The position numbers and the translations under genes were made by a program. A stretch of 64,000 nucleotides of DNA from the NCBI GenBank assembly GCA_964632435.1, contig CAZWEJ010000001.1:1052-65051 (forward strand). The letters are read 5' to 3'. Shown here piece after piece: positions 1 through 10,731 of the stretch. Source of the DNA: an uncultured Candidatus Saccharimonadales bacterium. GTDB taxonomy: Bacteria > Patescibacteriota > Saccharimonadia > UBA4664 > SCTI01. A model generated the notes under the pieces. That model made no database searches and was not told where the DNA came from. It saw only the letters and a program-made list of their open reading frames with translations. Numbering within the stretch: position 1 is the first letter of the stretch; every line of letters begins with the position of its first letter.

Positions 1-396
1 TTGCTAGCCTTTGCGGTAGTTTCTAAGGGTGCGTCAGCGCCAAAAAGGGGTAAAAAATCATCACAACGGATATCGATCGATAAAGATTTTGTTTCCAGGA
101 AGTGGGTAAACATTCAGACCATGTCTCAAGGAAACGGTAGTAGTTTGAAAGATGCAGTCAATGAAGCGGACAAGCTTCTGGATTATGTAATGAAAGGATC
201 GGGTTTTCGTGGAACCACAATGGGGGAGCGCCTCAAGAATCATGGAGGCCGCTTTAGCGACATTAATTCGGTGTGGTCGGCGCATAAACTGCGAAACGCC
301 CTGGCGCATGAGGCAGATTTTGATCTTGTTCCATCTCAAGCTCGCGAAGCGGTTAAGAATTTTGAGCGGGCGCTTAAAGACCTGAGGGCGCTATGA
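1..396 (+). CDS. Conserved hypothetical protein (CPR-type), 5'-truncated by window edge
   Basis: Open frame from base 1 with 'EADKLLD...GETMGERLK-like...VWSAHKLRNALAHE' pattern; its stop overlaps the gatB start (ATGA). Confidence 0.7.
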   Translation: MLAFAVVSKGASAPKRGKKSSQRISIDKDFVSRKWVNIQTMSQGNGSSLKDAVNEADKLLDYVMKGSGFRGTTMGERLKNHGGRFSDINSVWSAHKLRNALAHEADFDLVPSQAREAVKNFERALKDLRAL

Positions 397-1844
397 GTAA
401 TTACGAGCTAGTAGTCGGAATTGAGACTCACGTCCAGCTTTCTACCAAAACAAAGCTTTTTTGCGGCTGCGATAACGATTCCAGAGAAGCACAGCCAAAT
501 GTTAATGTTTGCCCAGTCTGCCTTGGCCTCCCGGGAGCGCTCCCCGTACTTAATGGAGCTGCCGTAAAGCTTGCCCTTAAGGCCGGCCATGCACTCAACG
601 CTTACGAAAAAGTTGAGCAGTTTAACTCAAAGTTCGATCGAAAAAACTACTTTTATCCTGATAGCCCTATGAATTACCAGATAACACAGTTTGATCAGCC
701 GATAATAGGTAAAGGCTTTGTTGAATTTCCGGTTGATGGCGAGATAAAGAGGGTGGGGGTAACGCGTGCTCATCTTGAAGCCGATGCAGGTAAGCTAATA
801 CACCCACCAGGCAAAGATTACTCATTGGTAGACCTTAACAGAGCCGGGACGCCGCTGATTGAAATTGTTTCTGAACCCGATATCAGAAGTGCAGCCGAGG
901 CCAAAGCTTATGCTCAGGAGCTCTACAACTTGATGCGCTACGCTGGAGTAAGTGATGCCGATCTTTACTACGGTAATATGCGATTTGATGTAAATGTAAG
1001 TTTGCGACCAGACGGTTCCGAAGAGTTTGGTACCCGTACCGAAACAAAGAATCTAAACTCGTTTAGGGCAGTTTTTGGAGTTGTTGAATATGAGGCAAAG
1101 AGACAGGCTGAGCTTTTAGATAGAGGTGAAAGAATAGTTCAAGAGACAAGGGGATGGAATGACACCAAAAATCAAACATTTAGCCAGCGCTCAAAAGAAG
1201 AGGCACATGACTATCGTTATTTCCCAGAACCTGATATCCCGCCACTTATAATTACCAAGAGTATGCTTGAAGAAGCTTCTGAGGCTTTCCCACCCGATAA
1301 ATACCCTCAACACATCCGCAAGATCATGGTTTCGCATGGGCTCGATGTCAGTACTGCTGAGGTTCTAATTACCCAACCCGAACTGGCTTTTCTTTACCTT
1401 GATGCGGTTGAGGGATCCAATAAGGGACATCACCGAAGAATTGCTAATTGGCTCACTGGCGAGGTCCGAGCCTATATGCAGTCTGAGCCAACTGGGCCCT
1501 TACATAATCTAAGTGCTGAAAAAATAGTTGCTCTTGCTGAAATGGTCGAGATGGGGCATCTAAGTTCAACAGCATCTAAAGAGATACTGCTTGAAGTCAT
1601 CAAAACCGGCCAACAGCCAAACATAATTGCAGCACGCCTCAATCTCATTCAGGTTTCAGATAGTAGTGAACTGGAACAGATTGTAGATCAAGTTATCGAG
1701 GAGAATCCTAAGCCTGTATCGGACTATAAAGCAGGTGAACAGAAGGCTCTTGGGTTCGTAGTCGGGCAGGTAATGAAGGCATCAAAAGGAAAAGCCAATC
1801 CGGCTATGGTTAATGATATACTTAAATCAAAACTTGGAGAGTAG
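393..1844 (+). CDS. gatB: Asp/Glu-tRNA amidotransferase subunit B
   Basis: VGIETHVQL, CPVCLGLPGALP, FDRKNYFYPD, DYRYFPEPD motifs. Confidence 0.98.
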   Translation: MSNYELVVGIETHVQLSTKTKLFCGCDNDSREAQPNVNVCPVCLGLPGALPVLNGAAVKLALKAGHALNAYEKVEQFNSKFDRKNYFYPDSPMNYQITQFDQPIIGKGFVEFPVDGEIKRVGVTRAHLEADAGKLIHPPGKDYSLVDLNRAGTPLIEIVSEPDIRSAAEAKAYAQELYNLMRYAGVSDADLYYGNMRFDVNVSLRPDGSEEFGTRTETKNLNSFRAVFGVVEYEAKRQAELLDRGERIVQETRGWNDTKNQTFSQRSKEEAHDYRYFPEPDIPPLIITKSMLEEASEAFPPDKYPQHIRKIMVSHGLDVSTAEVLITQPELAFLYLDAVEGSNKGHHRRIANWLTGEVRAYMQSEPTGPLHNLSAEKIVALAEMVEMGHLSSTASKEILLEVIKTGQQPNIIAARLNLIQVSDSSELEQIVDQVIEENPKPVSDYKAGEQKALGFVVGQVMKASKGKANPAMVNDILKSKLGE

Positions 1845-2405
1845 GTGACTCAAGTCCAATTCAATATAGAGCAAACATTCGACAAAATAGCGACAAATAT
1901 AAATGATTTTTTGCCGCAGCTGGCTAACGCTATTGTCGTTGCTTTAGTAGGCTTTGTAGTTATTAGAATCCTATCGTGGATTGCGAGCTGGATAATCGGC
2001 TTTATTAAGATGCCAAAGGGTCTTAAGGGCATCATTATCGCCTTGCTCGATACGGTTCTTGCTCTATTCCTGGTGATTGTGGTTCTCAAAGCTCTGGGCT
2101 TAAACGATCTTGCGCTGGCTTTTACAGCTGGAGTGGCTGCATTTGGTATAGCAGTTGGTAATGGCTCGGTAACTCTGGTCGCAGATATTATTGCCGGTGT
2201 TTATTTAGCTCAAGATCGAGATTTTGGTGTCGGCGATATTGTTCGAGTGGGTCCCGATAATATTGAGGGCGAAATAATTAGCCTCGATCTTAGAAGAACA
2301 AGAATTGCCGATAGGGGCGGAAGAATTCATAGTTTCCCAAACGCAGTGGTTGAAAGAAACGCTTTTGTGCTAATTACCAAAAAGAGAAACCGCAAACTTA
2401 AGTAA
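1845..2405 (+). CDS. Small-conductance mechanosensitive channel (MscS family, short)
   Basis: Hydrophobic helices, then 'DIIAGVYL...FGVGDIVRVG...EGEII...LRRTRI...FPN' MscS beta domain. Confidence 0.85.
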   Translation: MTQVQFNIEQTFDKIATNINDFLPQLANAIVVALVGFVVIRILSWIASWIIGFIKMPKGLKGIIIALLDTVLALFLVIVVLKALGLNDLALAFTAGVAAFGIAVGNGSVTLVADIIAGVYLAQDRDFGVGDIVRVGPDNIEGEIISLDLRRTRIADRGGRIHSFPNAVVERNAFVLITKKRNRKLK

Positions 2406-2472
2406 AATAGGGAATTTCCATTTGCCAATTAGCCATTTCCGTTAGATAATATGCAATATAACAGGTGACATT

Positions 2473-2745
2473 ATGGAAGATATACAAACAGTTTTGGTCA
2501 TTTTGCTAAGTATAGGATTCTTGATCCTATTAATCATTAGCATTGCTGTATCAATCGTTATTTATAAAATTCTCACAAATATTCGAAGGCTCACTCAGCG
2601 TATTGATGAGACTACCGAAGATATAAATGAAATGGCTAGGTATATTACGAAGAAGGTAGGGCCCGCTGCTGCATCGGCGGTAATGTCGGTCATGCTAAGA
2701 AAAGCTAAGTCATCATTCAAAAAGAAAGGGAGGAAGTATGAGTAA
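2473..2745 (+). CDS. Hypothetical membrane-anchored coiled-coil protein (YoxC/DUF948-like)
   Basis: N-terminal TM helix followed by heptads; lies upstream of a YtxH-like gene. Confidence 0.6.
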   Translation: MEDIQTVLVILLSIGFLILLIISIAVSIVIYKILTNIRRLTQRIDETTEDINEMARYITKKVGPAAASAVMSVMLRKAKSSFKKKGRKYE

Positions 2746-3220
2746 ATCTAATAAGGGTCTAGTTAAAGGTACCATCGTTGGCGTTATTGTCGGCGCTGTA
2801 GCCGGGATTCTACTCGCCCCTAAGAGCGGAAAAGAAACGCAGCAAGATATTAAGCGAAAAGCAAAAAAAGCAGTTCAAGATGCGGACAAACGATTGACCG
2901 AGATGGAAAGTGAGCTTGAAGGCCGAATCGATAATCTTAAGCTTGCAGCGCGTGAACTGCGAGGCGAAGCTTACGAAGAGAGCCAGAGACTGATTACTAG
3001 AGCCGAGATTTTAAAGAATGATCTTCAGGACTCAGCTTCACGTCTTGCCCGTTCAAGCAAAGATACGCGTGATGATGCTATGGTTGATGCGAAAAGATTG
3101 GTTAGCGAAGGAGCCGCTGTTATGTCAGAATTAGAAAAGATGACAAAAAAAATAATGGCGTCGGCTCGAGATCGAGCGAGGGAGAGCTTCGAAGATAATG
3201 TCAACAGAGACGAAAAGTAA
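2738..3220 (+). CDS. YtxH-domain protein
   Basis: 'GTIVGVIVGAVAGILLAPKSGKETQQDI' signature; SD GGAGG upstream. Confidence 0.85.
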   Translation: MSKSNKGLVKGTIVGVIVGAVAGILLAPKSGKETQQDIKRKAKKAVQDADKRLTEMESELEGRIDNLKLAARELRGEAYEESQRLITRAEILKNDLQDSASRLARSSKDTRDDAMVDAKRLVSEGAAVMSELEKMTKKIMASARDRARESFEDNVNRDEK

Positions 3221-3473
3221 ACCAACACCAGAAGATTACGAAAAATTGGGTAAGGCGATTGAGTCAGCGTTAATTAATGACTATATTGACCTGCTAGCAA
3301 ACACAAGAAAACAGGTTTGGGGCTCATTTGTTCGAGGCGTTTTTATGGGCCTAGGAACAGTTATAGGAGCAACTATCGTAGTTGCATTTGTGGTATGGCT
3401 TCTTGGTCAATTAGGTGGATTGCCTTGGATTGGTGACTACCTCCAGGGTGCAAGCGAAACTATTCAACAATAA
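3198..3473 (+). CDS. DUF5665-like membrane protein
   Basis: 'SFVRGVFMGLGTVIGATIVV...LPWIGDY' pattern. Confidence 0.65.
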   Translation: MSTETKSKPTPEDYEKLGKAIESALINDYIDLLANTRKQVWGSFVRGVFMGLGTVIGATIVVAFVVWLLGQLGGLPWIGDYLQGASETIQQ

Positions 3474-3544
3474 TTTTTCATATTTCAAGTCTTTAAGCGT
3501 AAGCGCTTAGTTGCTAAACTAATGGAAGAGAAGGGGAGCCGTTA

Positions 3545-6500
3545 GTGAATCAAGACAAAGGGGCAACGGCATCGCAAACAGCGGTGCCCGGTGATAGCTT
3601 CGTCCATCTGCATAACCACTGTCACTACAGCCTGCTAGACGGGCTTCAAAAGGTGCCACAGATGCTAGATCGTGCCAAAGAACTCGGCATGACTGCAATC
3701 GCTATGACCGATCACGGCACTCTTTCTGGAACAATCGAGTTCTACAACGAGGCTAAAAAGCGCAAAATCAAACCAATTATCGGTCTGGAGGCTTATGTTG
3801 CTACGAGGGGTATGCACGATAAAGCCGGGAAAATTGACGCCAACCCCTATCACTTGATCCTGCTTGCCAAAAACAATCAGGGTTATCAGAACCTTATGCG
3901 ACTTTCAACGCTGGCACATTTGGAAGGCTTCTATTACAAGCCTCGAATCGATCGGCAGTTGCTTGAAAAATACAAGGATGGACTGATTTGTTTGAGCGGG
4001 TGTGCCTCAAGCGAGGTTTCGCGACATATTCTTAATGGCGCCATGGACGAGGCCCGTAAGGTGGTTGAATGGTATCGCGATCTTTTTGGGGAGGGTAATT
4101 ACTACTTGGAGCTTCAGGATCACGAAGAGTGGGAGCCTCAAATACGGATTAACAAAGGTCTTATTGAACTAAGTCAACAAACTGGCGTCCCGTTGGTGGT
4201 TACTGCCGACTCACATTACACCTGTCGAGAGGACCGCGAGGCTCACGAAATTCTATTGTGCGTCCAAACAGGAAAGACTATCGGCGATACCGACCGTATG
4301 GAAATGGACATGGCTCTATATGTCACGAGTGCCGAGGAGGTAATGAGTCGATGGAGCCACCTCCCTGAGGCGGTTTCTAATGCAGTTAAAATTGCCGATT
4401 CTTGTGACGTTGAACTTGAGCTTGATCGTATCCTGATCCCGACCTTCCCAACACCGGATGGGAAAACTGAGCAATCATATCTTTACGAGCTTTGCTGGCA
4501 GGGGGCCATGTGGCGTTATGGCGACATCCCCAAAGAGGATATGTCGCTTCAAACTCAAGAGAAGGCGCGAAAATCACTGCCAAAGGAAGTTATCGATCGC
4601 CTAGACTACGAGCTCGAGGTTATCGACAAAATGGGCTATCAGGGGTACTTCCTTATCGTTGCCGACTTTATAAACTGGGGCAAAAACCAGGGAATCATTT
4701 TTGGGCCTGGGCGAGGATCAGCTGCCGGCTCAATTGTGGCTTATGTGCTAAATATTACTGACCTAGACCCTCTTGAGTACGATTTGCTTTTTGAGCGATT
4801 TCTTAACCCCGATCGAATTAGCATGCCCGATATTGATATCGACATTCAGGATACCCGTCGCGGCGAGGTAATCGATTATGTGACCGAGAAATATGGGCAA
4901 GATAGAGTTGCCCAAATCATCACCTTCGGAACTATGGCGGCCAGAAACGCTGTAAGAGACACAGGGCGGGCTTTGGGGATGCCTTATGCCGAAGTTGATC
5001 TTATCGCTAAGAAAGTTCCACCTCCGGTTCAGGGGCGCCATATTCCGCTCGCTAAATCCGTGGTTGATGATCCAGACTTGAGGTCTGAATATCAAAATAA
5101 CCCACGAGCCAAAAACCTAATTGACCTAGCTCAAAAGCTTGAGGGTACAATCCGCAGTAATGGCGTTCATGCCGCCGGGGTCGTTATTGCCCCTGATGAG
5201 ATCGTCAATCATGTTCCTCTTCAGCGGGCTCAAAAAGGTGGAATCTGTACCCAGTATTCCATGTTCCCAGTTGAGCAGCTTGGTCTGCTGAAGATGGACT
5301 TTTTGGGGCTTTCAAACCTGACAATTATAAAAAATACACTCCGAATTATTAGGCGAGTATACAAAAAGAACATTGATATTGCCGACATTCCTCTCGATGA
5401 CGATAAGACCTATGAGCTATTTAGCCGAGGGGACACAACAGGAGTGTTCCAGCTTGAATCGGCCGGGATGAAGCGCTATCTTAAAGAGCTCAAGCCAACC
5501 AAGTTTGATGACATCATCGCGATGTGTGCGCTCTATCGACCGGGCCCAATGCAGTTTATCGACGACTTCATCGACCGCAAGCATGGTCGCAAGAAGGTGG
5601 TATACGAACATCCCGGTTTGGAGTCGGCTCTAGGCAACACCTATGGCGTATTGGTCTACCAAGAGCAGTTCATGCAGATCTCAAAAGAGATGTGTGGCTT
5701 TACTGGTGGCCAGGCTGACACACTCCGAAAGGCTATCGGCAAAAAGCAGCGCGAAACTATGGCAAAAATGAAAACAGCCTTTATTGATGGTATGGTCGAG
5801 CACTCAAAAGTTGAGCGAAAATTCGCCGAGGAGTTCTGGAGCCGGCTAGAAGCTTTCGCCGACTATTGTTTCAACAAATCTCACTCTGCCTGTTACGCAC
5901 TTATTGCCGTTCAGACAGCTTATCTCAAGTCCAATTATCCGGCTGCATTTATGGCTGCATTAATGACCTCAAACTATGACAACATCGACAAGATTTCGAT
6001 GGAGGTCACCGAGACTCAACGTATGGGAATCAACGTTTTGCCTCCAACCGTCAATGAAAGTTATCTAGAGTTCGGTGTTGTCCCAGAGACGGGTGATATC
6101 ACATTTGGTTTGAGTGCGATTAAGAATGTCGGCATGGGTGCAATCGAGGCAATTGTAGAAGCGCGCGAGGCGGGTGGTAAGTTTTCTAGCGTAGAAGACT
6201 TCGCGAAGCGAGTTAGTGCGTCCCAAGTTAACCGAAAAGTGTGGGAAGCTCTAATAAAGTGCGGCGCCATGGATGACTTTGGGGATCGCAGCCAGCTACT
6301 TTATAACCTCGACATGATTACCAACTATGCTTCTAAGGCTCAAAAAAATGCACTCAGCGGTCAGATCGATATCTTTGGCTCAATGGGCGTTGAGGATAGT
6401 CTGCCGGCTCTCAAGATGGAACTTCCTCCAACTCAAGTTAGTTCTAGGGAACAGCTGGGATGGGAGAGGGAGCTTCTAGGGCTTTATCTTTCTAGCCATC

Positions 6501-7243
6501 CGCTTGAGGAGTATTCGGCTTATCTGGACGATAATTGCGTTCCAATCAAATCAATCTTGCCTCAACACGAAGGTCGTACCGTCAAAATTGGAGGCATGAC
6601 TACAACTGTGCGCAAAATCACCACTAAAACAGGTGGCAATATGGCTTTCGTGGGTGTTGAAGATAGGTTTGGTGACAGCCTAGAGTTGATCGTGTTCCCC
6701 AAAGCTTATGAAAAAACCGTGTATCTCTGGGAGCCAGATACGGTAATTGAGGTGAGCGGCAAGGTTAATACTAAAGATCGCGATGGCGTTTCTACGGAAG
6801 AGATCAAGATCATGGTTGATGAGGCATCACGTATTGATTACGACATGGCTAAGGCCTACAAGCACGATCCGAATAAGAAAACACCCGCTGTTGGTGGCTT
6901 CGCACCAGTATCAAATCGTGAGAGATATGCTAAGGCGGCGAAGGCAAATGTAGAACCTGCACCTCAAGTTAAAAACGATGTGCCCAAGCCAGCTCCAAAA
7001 GAGCCAGTAACTTCAAGCGAAGAAGGTATAGTCATAACACTCAGCAAGATGTCCACAACCGAGGTGCTAGCTGACATCAAGAAAATCCTAACAGACTTTC
7101 CCGGGCAAACCCCAGTTTATCTTGTGATGCCAGGTAATCCTCCTAAGAAAATAAAGCTCCCACATTCAATTGATGTAAGCGACGAACTAATCGGCAAATT
7201 AAAAGCAGCGGTTAAAGACGGAAACGTCAAGCTATCCCGCTGA
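3545..7243 (+). CDS. dnaE: DNA polymerase III alpha subunit
   Basis: PHP domain (FVHLHNH, TDHG), GPGRGSAAGS, MPDIDID catalytic motif, FNKSHS, OB fold. Confidence 0.98.
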   Translation: MNQDKGATASQTAVPGDSFVHLHNHCHYSLLDGLQKVPQMLDRAKELGMTAIAMTDHGTLSGTIEFYNEAKKRKIKPIIGLEAYVATRGMHDKAGKIDANPYHLILLAKNNQGYQNLMRLSTLAHLEGFYYKPRIDRQLLEKYKDGLICLSGCASSEVSRHILNGAMDEARKVVEWYRDLFGEGNYYLELQDHEEWEPQIRINKGLIELSQQTGVPLVVTADSHYTCREDREAHEILLCVQTGKTIGDTDRMEMDMALYVTSAEEVMSRWSHLPEAVSNAVKIADSCDVELELDRILIPTFPTPDGKTEQSYLYELCWQGAMWRYGDIPKEDMSLQTQEKARKSLPKEVIDRLDYELEVIDKMGYQGYFLIVADFINWGKNQGIIFGPGRGSAAGSIVAYVLNITDLDPLEYDLLFERFLNPDRISMPDIDIDIQDTRRGEVIDYVTEKYGQDRVAQIITFGTMAARNAVRDTGRALGMPYAEVDLIAKKVPPPVQGRHIPLAKSVVDDPDLRSEYQNNPRAKNLIDLAQKLEGTIRSNGVHAAGVVIAPDEIVNHVPLQRAQKGGICTQYSMFPVEQLGLLKMDFLGLSNLTIIKNTLRIIRRVYKKNIDIADIPLDDDKTYELFSRGDTTGVFQLESAGMKRYLKELKPTKFDDIIAMCALYRPGPMQFIDDFIDRKHGRKKVVYEHPGLESALGNTYGVLVYQEQFMQISKEMCGFTGGQADTLRKAIGKKQRETMAKMKTAFIDGMVEHSKVERKFAEEFWSRLEAFADYCFNKSHSACYALIAVQTAYLKSNYPAAFMAALMTSNYDNIDKISMEVTETQRMGINVLPPTVNESYLEFGVVPETGDITFGLSAIKNVGMGAIEAIVEAREAGGKFSSVEDFAKRVSASQVNRKVWEALIKCGAMDDFGDRSQLLYNLDMITNYASKAQKNALSGQIDIFGSMGVEDSLPALKMELPPTQVSSREQLGWERELLGLYLSSHPLEEYSAYLDDNCVPIKSILPQHEGRTVKIGGMTTTVRKITTKTGGNMAFVGVEDRFGDSLELIVFPKAYEKTVYLWEPDTVIEVSGKVNTKDRDGVSTEEIKIMVDEASRIDYDMAKAYKHDPNKKTPAVGGFAPVSNRERYAKAAKANVEPAPQVKNDVPKPAPKEPVTSSEEGIVITLSKMSTTEVLADIKKILTDFPGQTPVYLVMPGNPPKKIKLPHSIDVSDELIGKLKAAVKDGNVKLSR

Positions 7244-7284
7244 CCCTTGATCTGATCTCCAGATTATGCTAAATTAGCTGAGTT

Positions 7285-7905
7285 ATGCATCCGGCAATAA
7301 TCAATTTAGATAAGCAGAATAAGAAGCCAGCGGTCGCCAAAGTTCAGACCGGTGATACTGTTCGTGTTCACCAGTTCATCCGCGAGGGCAACAAGCAAAG
7401 AATCCAGGTTTTCGAAGGCGTTGTTATTCGAACCGATAGAATGGGTTCTAGCACTGCTTCTATAACAGTACGCCGAATTGCGAGTGGTATTGGCGTTGAG
7501 AAGAGTTTTCTTCTGCACTCACCAAACGTTGATAAGGTTGAAGTAATGCGCCGAGGCAAGGTTCGACGCAAATTTATTAGCTTCCTTCGCGAGCGACGAG
7601 GTAAGTCCGCAAGACTTAAGGAAGTTGCGATTGATCGCAATGCGGTTAATGTAGCGCCAGTTAAAGCCGAAGAGATTAGCGATCCAATTGCTGATGAAGA
7701 CGTAACCGAGGTAGATGTTGATCAGACTCAAGACGAGCTCAACCAGGCCGAAGTTTCAACCGAGGAAGTAGCTAAGGAAGAGAATAAGGAAGCAGCTGCA
7801 GATGAGCCAAAGAACGATCCCGATGCCGCTGACTCTGGCGATGAGGCAGTAATGCCTGCAGAGGAAGCCGAAGAAGGCGTCGACAAGGCTCAACCAAAAG
7901 AGTAA
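7285..7905 (+). CDS. rplS: 50S ribosomal protein L19 with long acidic C-terminal extension
   Basis: GDTVRVH...REGNKQRIQVFEGVVI...TVRRIASGIGVEK. Confidence 0.96.
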   Translation: MHPAIINLDKQNKKPAVAKVQTGDTVRVHQFIREGNKQRIQVFEGVVIRTDRMGSSTASITVRRIASGIGVEKSFLLHSPNVDKVEVMRRGKVRRKFISFLRERRGKSARLKEVAIDRNAVNVAPVKAEEISDPIADEDVTEVDVDQTQDELNQAEVSTEEVAKEENKEAAADEPKNDPDAADSGDEAVMPAEEAEEGVDKAQPKE

Positions 7906-7924
7906 AAGCACCATAAACTACTAA

Positions 7925-7946
7925 GCCGCCGAGAGGCGGTTTTTTT
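7925..7946 (+). terminator. Rho-independent terminator after rplS
   Basis: GCCGCC-GAGA-GGCGGT followed by a T run. Confidence 0.85.
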
Positions 7947-7967
7947 GTGTAACGGTATACTGGTTAT

Positions 7968-8570
7968 ATGAAGGTAGTTGAAAAAGCTTTTGTTGCCAAC
8001 GGGATGATTCTTGGTATTGATGAAGTGGGGAGAGGCCCTGCTGCTGGACCAGTTACAGTTGGTGCCGTAGTCTTGCCAGAAGGTTGCGAGATAAAAGGCC
8101 TCAATGATTCAAAACTACTGAGTTTAGAAGAAAGGCTTGAGCTTGACTGTGAGATTAAGCTTAGGGCATTAGCAGTTGGGATTGGTTGGGCTAGCCCTAG
8201 TTATATTGACGAGCACGGTCTAACAATGGCGCTCGATTATGCGGCTCAACATGCAATCGACTCAATTGCTGGTAAATATGATCTTATACTGATTGATGGT
8301 AATCATAATTATTTAACATCTCGGGTTCATACTGAGCCCATGGTGAAGGCCGATCAGCTAGTCGCTTGTGTGGCAGCAGCATCTATCGTAGCTAAGGTGG
8401 CAAGAGACCGCCTTATGGATCTTCATGATAGCCGCTACCCTCAATATGGTTTTGCCTCGCATAAGGGTTACCTGACAAGGAGCCATATTGAGGCGATCAG
8501 ACGGCACGGATTGAGCCCGATCCATCGTAAAAGATGGAGCTTAAATGGTGCGCAAGGAGACGGCATTTGA
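7968..8570 (+). CDS. rnhB: Ribonuclease HII
   Basis: GIDEVGRGPAAGPV, LNDSKLL, AAASIVAKVARD, HKGY. Confidence 0.96.
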   Translation: MKVVEKAFVANGMILGIDEVGRGPAAGPVTVGAVVLPEGCEIKGLNDSKLLSLEERLELDCEIKLRALAVGIGWASPSYIDEHGLTMALDYAAQHAIDSIAGKYDLILIDGNHNYLTSRVHTEPMVKADQLVACVAAASIVAKVARDRLMDLHDSRYPQYGFASHKGYLTRSHIEAIRRHGLSPIHRKRWSLNGAQGDGI

Positions 8571-8913
8571 ACTTGGTCGAGAGGCAGAAAAACTCGCTTC
8601 CCGGTGGCTTGAGGCAAGTGGCTTCGAGATACTTGATCGCAACTGGAGAACACGCTTTCACGAGATAGATATCGTTGCTAGCCATCTAGGTATTCTCCAT
8701 TTTGTTGAAGTAAAATACCGGCGAGGCAGAAATTTTGGCTCCCCAGCAGAATATGTAAACTTTGAAAAACAAAGAAGGATTAAAGCAGCTGCATTTGCTT
8801 ATATAAATGAAAAACGCCCAAATTATCAAGGGATGCAGATTGATGTAATCGGCGTTTATGGCTTCAACAAGCCTTTTAAGCTTGAATACATCCCAAATAT
8901 TACGTTTGCCTGA
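8545..8913 (+). CDS. YraN family (UPF0102) nuclease-like protein
   Basis: LGREAE...ILDRNWR...EIDIVA...FVEVKYR. Confidence 0.93.
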   Translation: MVRKETAFELGREAEKLASRWLEASGFEILDRNWRTRFHEIDIVASHLGILHFVEVKYRRGRNFGSPAEYVNFEKQRRIKAAAFAYINEKRPNYQGMQIDVIGVYGFNKPFKLEYIPNITFA

Positions 8914-8928
8914 TGTATAATTACGTTC

Positions 8929-10725
8929 ATGACCAACTTCAAAAATGCCCCAACCGAATGGGATCTATCTTATCTTCTTAAGAGTGATGATGATCCAAAT
9001 ATTGAGAAATATAGGCAAGAACTCACAACAAAAACGGATGAGTTTGTATTGAAATGGAGAGATAACCATGATTATCTTACAAATCCCAATAAGTTAAAGG
9101 CTGCTCTTGATGAGTTCTGCGAGCTCACTACAATGCATCAAAATGGGGCCGAAGCATTTTACTTTGGCCTTAGATCCACCCTGGATTCTATGAGCCCCGA
9201 GGTAAGGGCAAAAGAGAATAAAAGCGAGGAGTTCTCTAAGCAAATAGCCAACAAAATAGTATTCTTCCCATTGGCGTTGTCCAAGATAAAGGAAGAAGAT
9301 CAGAAAGTAATGCTCAACAGCGCCGTTCTCGAGGATTATAAGCATTTTCTAGAGCGAAAATTTGTTGAGGCAAAGCATCGGCTAAGCGTGAGTGAGGAAC
9401 AGATCCTAATGCTAAAATCTGGGCCAGCTTACGAGAAGTGGATCCAGTTTATTGATAACTCACTCAGCAAAGCAGAAGCCAAAGTTTTGAAAGAGGATGG
9501 CAAGTCAGAAATCGCTACACTCGAAGAGCTGCATACTTTGACGGCCAACCCAAAGAAAGAGGTTAGAGAGAGTGCAGCAAAGGCACTTTCTCATATTTTT
9601 GAGCAAACATCTGATATGGCGGAAGCAGAAATCAACGCTATCCTCGAGAATAAAAAGATTGATGATCATCTTAGAAATTTTGACCTGCCTGAGCAATCAC
9701 GCTTGCTATCAGATGATATCGATCCAGAGATAGTCGACGCTATGGTTGAAGCAGTAAAGAAAAATTATGATCTGTCGATAAGGTTTATGGATTTTAAGGC
9801 CAGGCTGCTTAAACAGCCAAAGTTTGAGTACTATGAGCGCGCCGTAGGCTATGGGGATGTTCAGAAAGAATATACCTATGAGGATTCATTGGAATTAGTT
9901 GATTCAGTATTTAATGAACTTGACCCTCAATTTTCTGAGATCCTTAGAGACCTCTCTAGCAAGGGGCTGATTGATGTCTACCCCAAAAAAGGCAAAAGAG
10001 GCGGCGCTTTCTGTGCTGGCTTCTCAAAGTCGCTTCCAACATATGTGATGCTCAATCATACAAACAAACTCAGAGATGTGGCCACCATTGCTCATGAGTT
10101 TGGCCATGCTATCAACAACGAACTAATGAGACTCAAACAAAATGAATTGAATTTTGCTACGCCTTTGTCGACCGCTGAAGTTGCTAGCACTTTTATGGAA
10201 GACTTTGTTTTCGACAGGCTGCTAGAAGAAGCTTCTGAAGAAGAGGAGCTCGTGTTGAGAGTAGGGCAGCTTCAGGACCAGATTGCCACCATTTTTAGGC
10301 AGGTTGCGGCCTATCGTTTTGAGAAAGACCTTCACACCGAGTTCCGAAAAACTGGGTATGTAGCTAAGGACAAGATAAATGAGCTTTTCTGCAACCACAT
10401 GAAAGAATATCTGGGCGATCATGCCGAAGGCGCCGAGAACTGGTGGGTATACTGGTCGCATATTCGCAGGTTTTTCTATGTTTACTCTTATGCAAGTGGG
10501 TTACTCATATCAAAAGCTCTCCAGTCTAAGGTGAAGCAGGACAAGCAATTTATTGGTCAGGTAAAGGAGTTTCTGTCGGCTGGAACATCAAAATCCCCTA
10601 AAGATATATTTCTCCAATTGGGTGTAGATATTAGTGATAGTAACTTCTGGAAACAAGGAATTAGTGAAATAAAGTCGCAAATTGATCAAACTGAGAAACT
10701 GGCCAAAAAGCTAGGCAAAATATAA
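8929..10725 (+). CDS. pepF: M3 family oligoendopeptidase F
   Basis: WDLS N-terminus, GKRGGAFC, HEFGH zinc motif, AEVASTF, FYVYSYA. Confidence 0.92.
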   Translation: MTNFKNAPTEWDLSYLLKSDDDPNIEKYRQELTTKTDEFVLKWRDNHDYLTNPNKLKAALDEFCELTTMHQNGAEAFYFGLRSTLDSMSPEVRAKENKSEEFSKQIANKIVFFPLALSKIKEEDQKVMLNSAVLEDYKHFLERKFVEAKHRLSVSEEQILMLKSGPAYEKWIQFIDNSLSKAEAKVLKEDGKSEIATLEELHTLTANPKKEVRESAAKALSHIFEQTSDMAEAEINAILENKKIDDHLRNFDLPEQSRLLSDDIDPEIVDAMVEAVKKNYDLSIRFMDFKARLLKQPKFEYYERAVGYGDVQKEYTYEDSLELVDSVFNELDPQFSEILRDLSSKGLIDVYPKKGKRGGAFCAGFSKSLPTYVMLNHTNKLRDVATIAHEFGHAINNELMRLKQNELNFATPLSTAEVASTFMEDFVFDRLLEEASEEEELVLRVGQLQDQIATIFRQVAAYRFEKDLHTEFRKTGYVAKDKINELFCNHMKEYLGDHAEGAENWWVYWSHIRRFFYVYSYASGLLISKALQSKVKQDKQFIGQVKEFLSAGTSKSPKDIFLQLGVDISDSNFWKQGISEIKSQIDQTEKLAKKLGKI

Positions 10726-10731
10726 GTCCAT

